Positions 9,192 through 17,563 of a stretch of DNA of 39,446 bases are shown one piece after another; the first letter of the stretch is position 1, and each line of letters opens with the position of its first letter. A program made the translations under genes and the position numbers. This stretch comes from an uncultured Verrucomicrobiota bacterium (GTDB lineage: Bacteria > Verrucomicrobiota > Kiritimatiellia > SLOV01): the NCBI GenBank assembly GCA_964611475.1, contig CAZTAB010000317.1, positions 1-39,446 on the forward strand, written 5' to 3'. The notes beneath the pieces are model-generated. The model made no database searches and was not told the DNA's origin. It saw only the letters and a list, made by a program, of their open reading frames with translations.

Positions 9192-9866
9192 ATGCCCATC
9201 CCAAAGAAAGCACAGCCGGCTGCCATCGGCATTAGCATCGCCGTGCTCGCGGCATGTATCACCTTCATCGCCCGCGAATGCAGCGACGGGGGGGTTCAGT
9301 ACACAAAAGAACAGCTTGAGCGTCTCGAATCGAACATCGGGTTCAGCGTACAGGATATCGCCGACCGCCTGGGTGACAAAACCGGCGTACTCCTGCTTTC
9401 CATCCAGGTGGAGGGATCGAAAGGCCTCGACGAATCGAGAGCGGTTGCAAAAATCGTACTGGAACGGGCGGGCAAGCAGGTTGCGGAGGAAAACATCAAC
9501 CCAGTAGCGGAGGGAATGTTTTTCAATCCGATCAACTGGGCGATGTCGTGGGATGATTACAATGATGCGGTTCTGAGGCACCCGGACGTGGAGGCCGTCA
9601 TCTCGATCGCTGGCGCTCCAGGAATCACGGATGAGGACGACGTCGCACTCCCCGACACCTATCCGCCGTTATACGTGGCTTTTTCGCCGGGCCGCCAGCC
9701 CGACCTCGGCCCCCTGTTCGACGAGGGAATCCTGGCAGTCGCGGTCGTCCGCAATCCCATGCCCGGCGGCCACAAGGGGGAAACGCCGCGGGAACAATTC
9801 GACGCGACCTTCGAACTGGTAACGACAGAATCGGAAGAGCTACCAATCTTCCAGGCTATGCCCTGA
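9192..9866 (+). CDS. Hypothetical membrane-anchored protein
   Basis: 224-aa ORF. GAGGAA lies a few nt upstream of ATG 9192. N-terminal hydrophobic anchor AAIGISIAVLAACITFIA. High third-position GC. No family recognised. Confidence 0.55.
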   Translation: MPIPKKAQPAAIGISIAVLAACITFIARECSDGGVQYTKEQLERLESNIGFSVQDIADRLGDKTGVLLLSIQVEGSKGLDESRAVAKIVLERAGKQVAEENINPVAEGMFFNPINWAMSWDDYNDAVLRHPDVEAVISIAGAPGITDEDDVALPDTYPPLYVAFSPGRQPDLGPLFDEGILAVAVVRNPMPGGHKGETPREQFDATFELVTTESEELPIFQAMP

Positions 9867-9921
9867 CCCGGGATCAGGGCATCTGCGCAGCGCCCCGGAT
9901 CCATTCACCCCCGTTGCAGCG

Positions 9922-11205
9922 TCAGCTTTTTTCTTTGAGAAACTCCGCCTCCTCCGCGCCGCGAAGGGTGTCCATGTTGTCGAATACTTTTGTGAAGGCG
10001 TCCACTGCCTGCTGCATTTCAGCGAGGCCGTTGGGCGCGGAAAGCATCGCCTGGACCAGGCTGAACTCCTCGTTGTGGATTCGCTCTTGGACCGGCACCT
10101 GCACCTTTGAGTAGTCTGGGCGGGTGCCATCCTCGTAATAGAAAGGGTGTCCCTTGCCGTAATAGTCCAAATCGCGGAACACACTCCGGCGGTGCATGAC
10201 ATCGGAAACAACGTTTTCACCGCCCTCCATAAAATACATGTTGGCATGTGAAATATATGCGATCGCCGAGACCCCCTCGGCACGCAAAGCGCGCAGGAAA
10301 AGGTCACGAGAAATCCCTGCCTCCTTTTCGTCGAAGAGTCCCGTCCAGTAGTGGTACACGTGGCGCACTCCAGGCTCGACCCACGGCGGCGTGATGCCGG
10401 GGAACCCGGACAGCTCCTCGGAAAGAAACTCCGCGTTCCGGATCCGCCAGTCGGACCGCGCTTCCGCGCTCTCGAGATCCCGCATTACGTACGGGGTCAG
10501 ACCGATCGGAAAACGGTGGTTGTCGCCGCGACCGCTGAAGTCAAGCTGCCGGCGCAGCTCCGGCTCGGTGATCTTTGGCAGGATGGAAACGCTGTGCTGT
10601 CCGGCAAGGAGCGCCTTCTGGTACAAGGCCCGGTCGTTGGTGGTGAAGAAACCGCCGCCGCCCCAACCGTGGCTGAACGGCTTCCCCGAGCAACTGAAAG
10701 CAGTGATATGCCCGATCCCGCCGAGGGAAACACCGTTGATCGCCGCGCCCCCGGACTGGCAGGCATCCTCCACCACGTAGAGTCCGTGACGTGAAGCAAT
10801 GTCCATGACCTCATAGACCGCAGATGCATTTCCATAAAGATCGACGGGCATGATGGCCTTTGTGCGGGGCGTAATCGCGGCCTCGATCTTGGATGGGGCG
10901 ATCATGTAGGTCCGCGGATCGATATCCACGAAAACCGGAATTGCATTTACCCGCAAAATAGCTGCGATGGATGCGACCCAGGTGTGCCCGACCGTGATCA
11001 CTTCGTCGTGGTTTCCCACGCCGCACGCCGCCAGCGACGCGATCAATGCCGACGTGCCGTTGGATACAGGGTACGAATACTTGGCTCCCGTCAGGGCGCA
11101 GAGCGCTTCCTCTAGATCCTGAAACTTCCACGGGTTCCCACCGTAGGGGCCGATCTGTTTCGGCCGAAGAACGGGGTCACCTCCGAGTATTGCGAGCTTA
11201 GACAT
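9922..11205 (-). CDS. DegT/DnrJ/EryC1/StrS-family PLP-dependent sugar aminotransferase
   Basis: Motifs LAILGGDPV, VSNGTSALIASLAACGVG..DEVI, AIPVFVDID, TKAIMPVDLYGN, YVVEDACQSGGA, and FSCSGKPFS (candidate PLP lysine) followed by GGGGFFTT. Confidence 0.9.
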   Translation of the reverse strand: MSKLAILGGDPVLRPKQIGPYGGNPWKFQDLEEALCALTGAKYSYPVSNGTSALIASLAACGVGNHDEVITVGHTWVASIAAILRVNAIPVFVDIDPRTYMIAPSKIEAAITPRTKAIMPVDLYGNASAVYEVMDIASRHGLYVVEDACQSGGAAINGVSLGGIGHITAFSCSGKPFSHGWGGGGFFTTNDRALYQKALLAGQHSVSILPKITEPELRRQLDFSGRGDNHRFPIGLTPYVMRDLESAEARSDWRIRNAEFLSEELSGFPGITPPWVEPGVRHVYHYWTGLFDEKEAGISRDLFLRALRAEGVSAIAYISHANMYFMEGGENVVSDVMHRRSVFRDLDYYGKGHPFYYEDGTRPDYSKVQVPVQERIHNEEFSLVQAMLSAPNGLAEMQQAVDAFTKVFDNMDTLRGAEEAEFLKEKS

Positions 11206-11499
11206 GAGGCCTCCCTATATCGGGGCATGACGGTATAGTTCGGCCTTGGTCGGTTGTAAACTCTTCTCTGCTCCAGGCAAACATTATACCCGTATAAGCA
11301 TGCGTACTTGCCGGAGAAAATCAGGCGAGTTCTGGCGATATGCACATCGCGAACCACGACCGGACCGACGAGAGCCTGAATGGCCCGCCAGAGTTCGGCC
11401 TGTTGTTCGGTGACGTGGATCTTGCCTGTGCATCGCATTCTTTATCACGCCCTGCCACGATCAGCTTGCATTCACCTCATCTCCACCTATAGTCGAAAG

Positions 11500-12588
11500 A
11501 TGCCCGGGACGAATCAACTCGCAGAATTGCGCGTATCCAACGACATCCTCGGAGACCCGTCGGAATTACGCAGGCGGTTCGACGAGGAGGGATACGTCTT
11601 CATCAAGGGAGTCTTCGACCGGAACGACATGCTGAACCTGCGCCGGGAGATGATGACCACCATCCAACAGGGCGGTTGGCTGGCTGCGGAGACGGATCCA
11701 CTGGAGGGGATCGCCGAATTGTCCGCCCGGTGCACCGAGGGCGACCCCGGTTACACCGATGTCTATTTTGAGGTGTACAAGGTGGAGGACTTCCACCGCA
11801 TTGCGCACAGCCCGGGGGTCATGGAAATTGTCGAAAAACTGATCGGCCGGGCGGCCATTCCCATTCCGCAGAAAATCGCGCGAATCTGGTTTCCGCAGTT
11901 CACAATGCACACCACGCCGATTCACCAGGACTTCGTGCATTTCCAGGGGAATTTCGAAACCTATACAGCGTGGTCGCCCGTGGGCGATTGCCCGATCGAG
12001 CTGGGCGGCCTGGCCCTCCTTCCCGGTTCCCACAAAATCGGCAGGGTCCTGGAACACCACTTTTCACTCGGCGCGGGCAGCCTGAGCCTCGACACCGAGG
12101 CAGAGGCCTCCGTGCATGAAGAAATCAACGTGCCCTGGCACACCACGAACTACGAGGCGGGCGACACCCTCTTTTTCTCTGCCCTGACCGTCCACAAGGC
12201 ACTGGAAAACAAAACGGAGGATCGCCTGCGGCTGTCACTGGATAACCGGTATACCGCCGTCGGCGACACGATCTGCGACTACATGCTTGAACCCCACCTT
12301 GTCACCGATACCGAGTTGCTTGGCTGGGAACAGGTATACGAACGCTGGAAACACGACGACCTCAAGTACTACTGGCGGGACATCGATCACAAGGTCGGCG
12401 ACCGCGACATGAGTTACATCGACAAGGGATTTGCGGAAGCCCTGGAGCTGGGCCGGCAGGGCGACGAACGGGCCCTTATCCGTCTTCGCCGCACCATCAC
12501 ACGATACCCCGGCAGCTCGAAGGCTCAAGCTGCCTGCACGGTGATAAAAGAACTTGGACCGCCAAACCCCGGTCAGACGCCCGATTGA
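11500..12588 (+). CDS. PhyH-family Fe(II)/2-oxoglutarate dioxygenase (paralogue 2, long C-terminal extension)
   Basis: ATG 11500 (MPGTNQLAEL); the upstream part of the track ORF looks non-coding. Motifs GYVFIKGVF, HxD in PIHQDFVHFQG, LALLPGSHKIG, distal His in GDTLFFSALTVHKALEN, RLSLDNRY. Confidence 0.85.
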   Translation: MPGTNQLAELRVSNDILGDPSELRRRFDEEGYVFIKGVFDRNDMLNLRREMMTTIQQGGWLAAETDPLEGIAELSARCTEGDPGYTDVYFEVYKVEDFHRIAHSPGVMEIVEKLIGRAAIPIPQKIARIWFPQFTMHTTPIHQDFVHFQGNFETYTAWSPVGDCPIELGGLALLPGSHKIGRVLEHHFSLGAGSLSLDTEAEASVHEEINVPWHTTNYEAGDTLFFSALTVHKALENKTEDRLRLSLDNRYTAVGDTICDYMLEPHLVTDTELLGWEQVYERWKHDDLKYYWRDIDHKVGDRDMSYIDKGFAEALELGRQGDERALIRLRRTITRYPGSSKAQAACTVIKELGPPNPGQTPD

Positions 12589-13299
12589 TTTCAAGAACCG
12601 TCCCGTCGCGCCCTCCCACACATGCCCAAAGTGACAGTGCGTGAACACGCCCAGCTACCCCATACGTGCGGCCCAAGTATCACATTCGAATTTGCGCGCT
12701 ACTGACGCAAATTTTCGCGACAGGCTGCAGTCCAGGTCAAAGCAGGAACGATCCCCCGAGGTCAGGCCAAATGAGATTTCCCCATCCACCAGCGTGCTCA
12801 CCAAGCTCTATAGCGGCCCGTGCGCACAGAAAACGGGTAGCGGCGCAATGAGTCCCCAAGCTACCATGCCGGGGAACCGGCTCCCTGAAGCCTCGCTCCG
12901 GCGATAAAGGAAAATACGGGTACCATTGCATCACTGATCTCGCGGGCAAGGAGCGACTGGCGCGGCACCAGGCCGGCAAGGAGAACATATACTGCGAACA
13001 GGCCCGCCACTTTGTCTCCTGTATCCAGGGAAAGGCGCGCGGCCTCTGCCCCGGCAAGGACGCCATCAAGGCCGTGGCCGTCGGCGAAGCCGTCCTCAAA
13101 ACCGCCCGCGGAATGCAGGCGAGGAACGTTCGCTGGTAACCGCAGGGCGAACGCCTGGATCAACGGCTCTCATGCCTTCAAGCACACAAGGGACGATGAG
13201 AGCCGGAAGGCCCAAGCACCAATTGAAATTCCGACATCATTTGACATCGGGCATTCCCCCACTCCTCCCTACCGGGTCGCGCTTTTCCAACCTTCCACG

Positions 13300-15216
13300 C
13301 TAAAGGTCCTCACCCTCGGACAATCCGTAGTACTCTCTCAACGCCTTGATGGCCACTGTGGTGTACGCCCCCTCCATGTACACATCAATGCCGTGCGCCT
13401 CACAAAGGTCAAACATCCGGCGAACCAAAGGGCGCAGGCCATTTTTCTCATCGGGCTTGAGAGGAACCAGCTCATTTTCCAGGGTGGTGTCCTTGATAAT
13501 CACCACGCGCCGCGGCGCCTCGATCGCGTTCCAGAACACCGGCTCGATAGCCAGCCGCAAGGCGGTAACCGAGATCTTTTCAACGCGATTCCGGATCTCG
13601 TTGTTCTCCGCCAGTTCCATTGCCTCCTCGAACAGCTCCAAGCCCCTTTCACCCAGTTTTGCGTCCAGCCCGCAGCTCTTCGGAGTGAAATTGATGTTCG
13701 TATGTTTCCCGGACGCCAGGGCCTGATCGTGCACCAGGTCGATCCAGCGCCGGATTGGATCCGACGCCTCGCCGTAGTACAGGCCCAAGAACTCATCGAT
13801 CAGGGTATCGGCGTCGAGGGATGGGTTCCAGATCAACGAGGAAGTCACATACGCCCGAAGATCGCTGAACTCCGTGTTCCGCGCCGGCCCCTGCAGAAAA
13901 ATCGCCTGCCCCCGGTTGCGCTCGAAACTTTTCATCTGGGGACCGATCGCACGCAGGTTCGGCGCAGGAAACAGGTAGTCCCTCGGATTCAGGTCATAGT
14001 GCCAGAAAAGCAGATTCTCGCAGAGCTTCCCCCACCCGTGCAGATACGGGACGGCCTTCCTGTTCACGGGACAGTCGGGATCCTCGAACGCATGCATAAC
14101 GCAGGCATGATACATCGCCATCTGCACTCTCACGTTCGGCAGGGCCCGCATCTTCCGGGGGGGCATCATGGACCAAGAGTAGGCCTCAGTGCCCACGAAG
14201 AGATCAGGACGTTCCTTCCCAACCTGCTCCGCAACGTGATTCACGAAGTCAATGATCACCGCGGAGGGGGGGCCGTTTGAAGGAATGAAGCCCATACCAA
14301 GCGGATTCTGAGCCGGCACGGGGATGTCTTCCGGCGCATCTCCCTCGCGCTGAATCTTAGCGCATCGACGGCACTCACATGCCCCTGGCGCATCGTTTTG
14401 CGCCAACGTGATCGAGTCGCCCTCCGAGTAGTTCGAAAGCTCGCCCAGGACGCGCTCAACGACCGCTTCCCGCACATAGGGATGCGACAGACATGGCTGC
14501 AGTCCTTGCCGCTTCCCCTCGTACAGGCAGTAGTGCTCGGGATTCACATCGAAGCTGCCGTGAAACTGGAAATTGTTGTGAAGGTACACGCCGCCAATCA
14601 CCTCGCCGCCGAGGTGCTCCGTCAGGCGGTGCTCCTCCGACGCGCCCCTGCCCGCCGCATTTTGCCTTCGCCGGACAGCAAAGTCCGGATGAAGCATAAG
14701 TTCCTGCTTCAGGTAAAGCCGGAAGGAAAACGGCGGCTGATAGGACCGGTCCACAGGAGCGATGTCCAGCGGAGAATCCATTTTAGGCACATGCGTCACG
14801 TCGGCAGTCAAAAACCGCACACCCAGATAGTCCTCCAAAAACGTGTACACCCCGTAGAGCGTCCCGCGCGGCCGTCCACCGGCGATCGCAATGTTGCCAC
14901 CCCGAACAACGATTCGAAGTTCCTCATCCCCCATGCCTTGGGTCCCAAATCCCGCCGAGCTCTTGAGCATGGCTTCGCCCGGGCCAATAAAAACATGGCG
15001 ATCTGGTCGATCCACAGCGCTCACGATCGGCAGCCGCAGGCCGGTTGCCTCGGCAAGGAACTCCTGGAATTCCTCCGCAGCATACCGCTCGCTGGGGATC
15101 GCATTTTCGGATACAACAATGTCCCACTCATCCGTGGAGGACACGTCCATCTTCATTGTGGAACAACCAAACGCCCCGATCAAAATAATCCCCGTCACCC
15201 ATCGAGCTACATTCAT
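13300..15216 (-). CDS. DUF4838-like secreted/lipoprotein, glycoside-hydrolase-like (paralogue A)
   Basis: ATG 15216 preceded by AGGAGA. Signal/lipobox-like N-terminus MNVARWVTGIILIGAFGC. Motifs IVVSENAIPSERYAAEEFQEFL, IAGGRPRGTLYGVYTFLEDYLGVRFLT, CECRRC. Clear paralogue of 23415-25274. Confidence 0.85.
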   Translation of the reverse strand: MNVARWVTGIILIGAFGCSTMKMDVSSTDEWDIVVSENAIPSERYAAEEFQEFLAEATGLRLPIVSAVDRPDRHVFIGPGEAMLKSSAGFGTQGMGDEELRIVVRGGNIAIAGGRPRGTLYGVYTFLEDYLGVRFLTADVTHVPKMDSPLDIAPVDRSYQPPFSFRLYLKQELMLHPDFAVRRRQNAAGRGASEEHRLTEHLGGEVIGGVYLHNNFQFHGSFDVNPEHYCLYEGKRQGLQPCLSHPYVREAVVERVLGELSNYSEGDSITLAQNDAPGACECRRCAKIQREGDAPEDIPVPAQNPLGMGFIPSNGPPSAVIIDFVNHVAEQVGKERPDLFVGTEAYSWSMMPPRKMRALPNVRVQMAMYHACVMHAFEDPDCPVNRKAVPYLHGWGKLCENLLFWHYDLNPRDYLFPAPNLRAIGPQMKSFERNRGQAIFLQGPARNTEFSDLRAYVTSSLIWNPSLDADTLIDEFLGLYYGEASDPIRRWIDLVHDQALASGKHTNINFTPKSCGLDAKLGERGLELFEEAMELAENNEIRNRVEKISVTALRLAIEPVFWNAIEAPRRVVIIKDTTLENELVPLKPDEKNGLRPLVRRMFDLCEAHGIDVYMEGAYTTVAIKALREYYGLSEGEDL

Positions 15217-15242
15217 CTGTTATCTCCTGTAGATTGGTCGCG

Positions 15243-15269
15243 CACGCAGCAACACGCAGCAACACGCAA
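15243..15269. repeat. 10-bp tandem repeat, ~2.7 copies (CACGCAGCAA)
   Basis: CACGCAGCAA CACGCAGCAA CACGCAA read directly. It lies ~27 nt upstream of the DUF4838 paralogue A start codon, in its leader on the minus strand. Confidence 0.6.
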
Positions 15270-15298
15270 AAGATCCCGGACTAATACGAAATCCCTCG

Positions 15299-15312
15299 GC
15301 TTGATTTCAAGC
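15299..15312. promoter_or_regulatory. Candidate operator palindrome GCTTGA-TT-TCAAGC
   Basis: Perfect 6+2+6 inverted repeat in the 466-bp divergent region between DUF4838 paralogue A and the CE4-like pair. Confidence 0.25.
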
Positions 15313-15682
15313 TCGAATTATCTACCAAGACACCTTGCCTTCCTTCACAAGACGAAGCGTCTCCACCGAAGCAGTGCACGGATGTTGGGTACCGGCGGAC
15401 AATACGATTCCCAAGAGCATTCGTTGCGATCGCTTTCTCGATCCCGCTGTCTCTGATTGCACCCGTTGCGCGGTCCCAATGGCAGTCCTTCGCAGATCCA
15501 ATCCCCGGCAACCAATCTGCAGCAGGACAAGTATAAAAAACCCGCATCCATACCCGCCGTTCTGCGACGACGATGAATACAAAAGGGGGACGGCGGAAAC
15601 ATGCGTAATCTTCCACTTCTCAAGCGAACGGCGACATCGACCGATTGCCATCCAACCAGCTGTTTGCTATGTTTTTGATAGC

Positions 15683-16618
15683 ATGAACGTCATCTTCACC
15701 TATTGTGTCGAGGCACTCGACGAGTGTGTCCCCAAGATGCACACGATCTGGAATGCACACCGGAGATGGGACGCCCCGCTGACGATCTTCGTGGTTGGAC
15801 GCATCGTGAAGCGCGAGGGCGAAGCACTGAAAGACCTAATCTCCGATCGGCCGGAGCTGTGGGACGTCAACAGTCACGGCTACTCCCACACCCGCGTCGT
15901 ACGCAAGATCCCGTGGTCACGCCCGCAACCGTCCCCCCAACTGATCGAGCACGAGTACGTTCGCGGCGCCGAGGTGATCCGCCGGGTCCTGGACCGGCCC
16001 TGCCGCGGCATGAGTTCCGCGGGTGGCGTCAGCGCTGGGTTCCGGGGCTATCCGGAAAATCTCGCCGCGCTTCGAAAGGCGGGCTGCACCTGGTCTGCCA
16101 GCAATGCCCGGTCAACCTTCGGGGAAACCAACCCCACGGACTGCTGCGGCCCCTACACCTACGAGGATGACGGCTACCCGGACCTGCTGGAAATGCCAAT
16201 GCATGGCTGGCCGGACTGCACATTGAAGGGGTCGTCCGGCCCGCGCCTGGGGGAAAAGGAGCAGCGACACACCCAGTACGTAATCAAATGGCCATCGCCG
16301 TGGTTCACGCCCCAGCAGTTCGTGGAGACACCTGAGGAGGAATTCGAGGCGCACCGGAATACCATTGACGTCACGGAGGAGGTCGGACTGCCTTTCTGCA
16401 CGATCATCTTTCACCCATGGTGCACGGTGCGAAAACAAGATCCTGAAGCGAAGGTCGTCGACCTCCTGCTTCAATACATCGACGAAAAAGGCCACCGGGC
16501 AACCACGCTTGATGCCGAAGCCGCGCGATGCAGGGAGAATCCAGCGCTTCTTGTCCCTGCGCCCCCCATTCCTGACTCGAGACGGGCAGATTTCGATGCG
16601 GGAACGGTGATCGCATGA
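15683..16618 (+). CDS. Polysaccharide deacetylase-like protein (NodB/CE4-type), tandem copy 1
   Basis: ATG 15683 (MNVIFTYCVE). Motifs APLTIFVVG, WDVNSHGYSH (HxxxH metal motif), GLPFCTIIFHPW. About half the residues match copy 2 by eye. The stop overlaps the ATG of copy 2. Confidence 0.8.
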   Translation: MNVIFTYCVEALDECVPKMHTIWNAHRRWDAPLTIFVVGRIVKREGEALKDLISDRPELWDVNSHGYSHTRVVRKIPWSRPQPSPQLIEHEYVRGAEVIRRVLDRPCRGMSSAGGVSAGFRGYPENLAALRKAGCTWSASNARSTFGETNPTDCCGPYTYEDDGYPDLLEMPMHGWPDCTLKGSSGPRLGEKEQRHTQYVIKWPSPWFTPQQFVETPEEEFEAHRNTIDVTEEVGLPFCTIIFHPWCTVRKQDPEAKVVDLLLQYIDEKGHRATTLDAEAARCRENPALLVPAPPIPDSRRADFDAGTVIA

Positions 16619-17523
16619 ATATCATTCTCACATACGACACGGAAGAACCCGGGCAGTGCATTCCAAAGCTGCGAACAATACTTGGCGTGCACACGAAATT
16701 CGATGCGCCTCTTACCATCTTTGTCGTCGGCAACCTGCTTTATCAAGAAGGCGAGGAGCTGAAGGGGCTCATCTCGGAGGCACCGGAACTCTGGGACGTC
16801 AACAGCCACTCTTACAGCCACGCCCGGATGCTCCCGAAAGCGCCCTGGTCGGAAGAGCTGTCGAGTGCGGAGGAAGTATACGAGGAAACGGCAAAGGGCG
16901 TGCAGATCGTGCGGGACATGCTTAACCAGCCGTGCCGTGGATTCCGACCACGCACGGGTGCAGGTGCCGGGTTTCGCGGTTGTCCTACGCATCTGGATGC
17001 CGCCCGTACTGCGGGCTGCCAGTGGACCTCAGCCTACCTTCGCTCGGTCTTTGCCGATGCCCTGCCCGGAGACTTGTCTCCGCCATACACCTATCAGCCC
17101 GACGGTTTCGACGAGATCATAGAAATGCCGGGACACGGCTGGCAGGACTGCATGTTGAAGCAATTCCGGGACTGGTCCACATTTGGCGTGCGCTGGCCGT
17201 CAGAGCACGCGTATCCGCAAAAGTTGTGCAAGACTCCGGAGGAGGAGTTTGCCGTCTACAAGGTGACAATGGATGCGGCGGAAGCCGCGGGCCTGCCCTT
17301 CTGCTGTTTCGTCATGCATCCCTGGACGATGATTCACGACCGGGATCCACAAGGCAAGGCGATCGAGCTTGTCCTTGGCTATGCGAACAAAAAGGGATGG
17401 GGCATTTCCACGCTCGACGCGGAGGCGACCCGCTGCCGGCAGGAACCGGGCCTCCTCACGGAGACCCCGCCCATCCCACCGACCCGAATCCCGGGCTACG
17501 ACGTCGCCCAGCATTTCGCGTAG
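16615..17523 (+). CDS. Polysaccharide deacetylase-like protein (NodB/CE4-type), tandem copy 2
   Basis: ATG 16615 overlaps the upstream stop (ATGA). Motifs MNIILTYDTEE, APLTIFVVG, WDVNSHSYSH, GLPFCCFVMHPW. Confidence 0.85.
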   Translation: MNIILTYDTEEPGQCIPKLRTILGVHTKFDAPLTIFVVGNLLYQEGEELKGLISEAPELWDVNSHSYSHARMLPKAPWSEELSSAEEVYEETAKGVQIVRDMLNQPCRGFRPRTGAGAGFRGCPTHLDAARTAGCQWTSAYLRSVFADALPGDLSPPYTYQPDGFDEIIEMPGHGWQDCMLKQFRDWSTFGVRWPSEHAYPQKLCKTPEEEFAVYKVTMDAAEAAGLPFCCFVMHPWTMIHDRDPQGKAIELVLGYANKKGWGISTLDAEATRCRQEPGLLTETPPIPPTRIPGYDVAQHFA

Positions 17524-17563
17524 ACCCTGGAGCACACCGGGATGGCGTGAAATATTCCCCGGG

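Noticed and set aside
13012-14280. 422-aa + strand ORF (and 14398-15456, 352 aa) opposite DUF4838 paralogue A
   Set aside because: It is an antisense shadow ORF in GC-rich DNA. The product is Arg/Pro/Gly-rich with no motifs. The minus-strand frame has clear family motifs and a signal peptide.
15243-15269. 10-bp tandem repeat considered as a CRISPR or VNTR-type element
   Set aside because: It has only ~2.7 copies, no spacers and no cas genes. It is kept as a minor repeat feature only.
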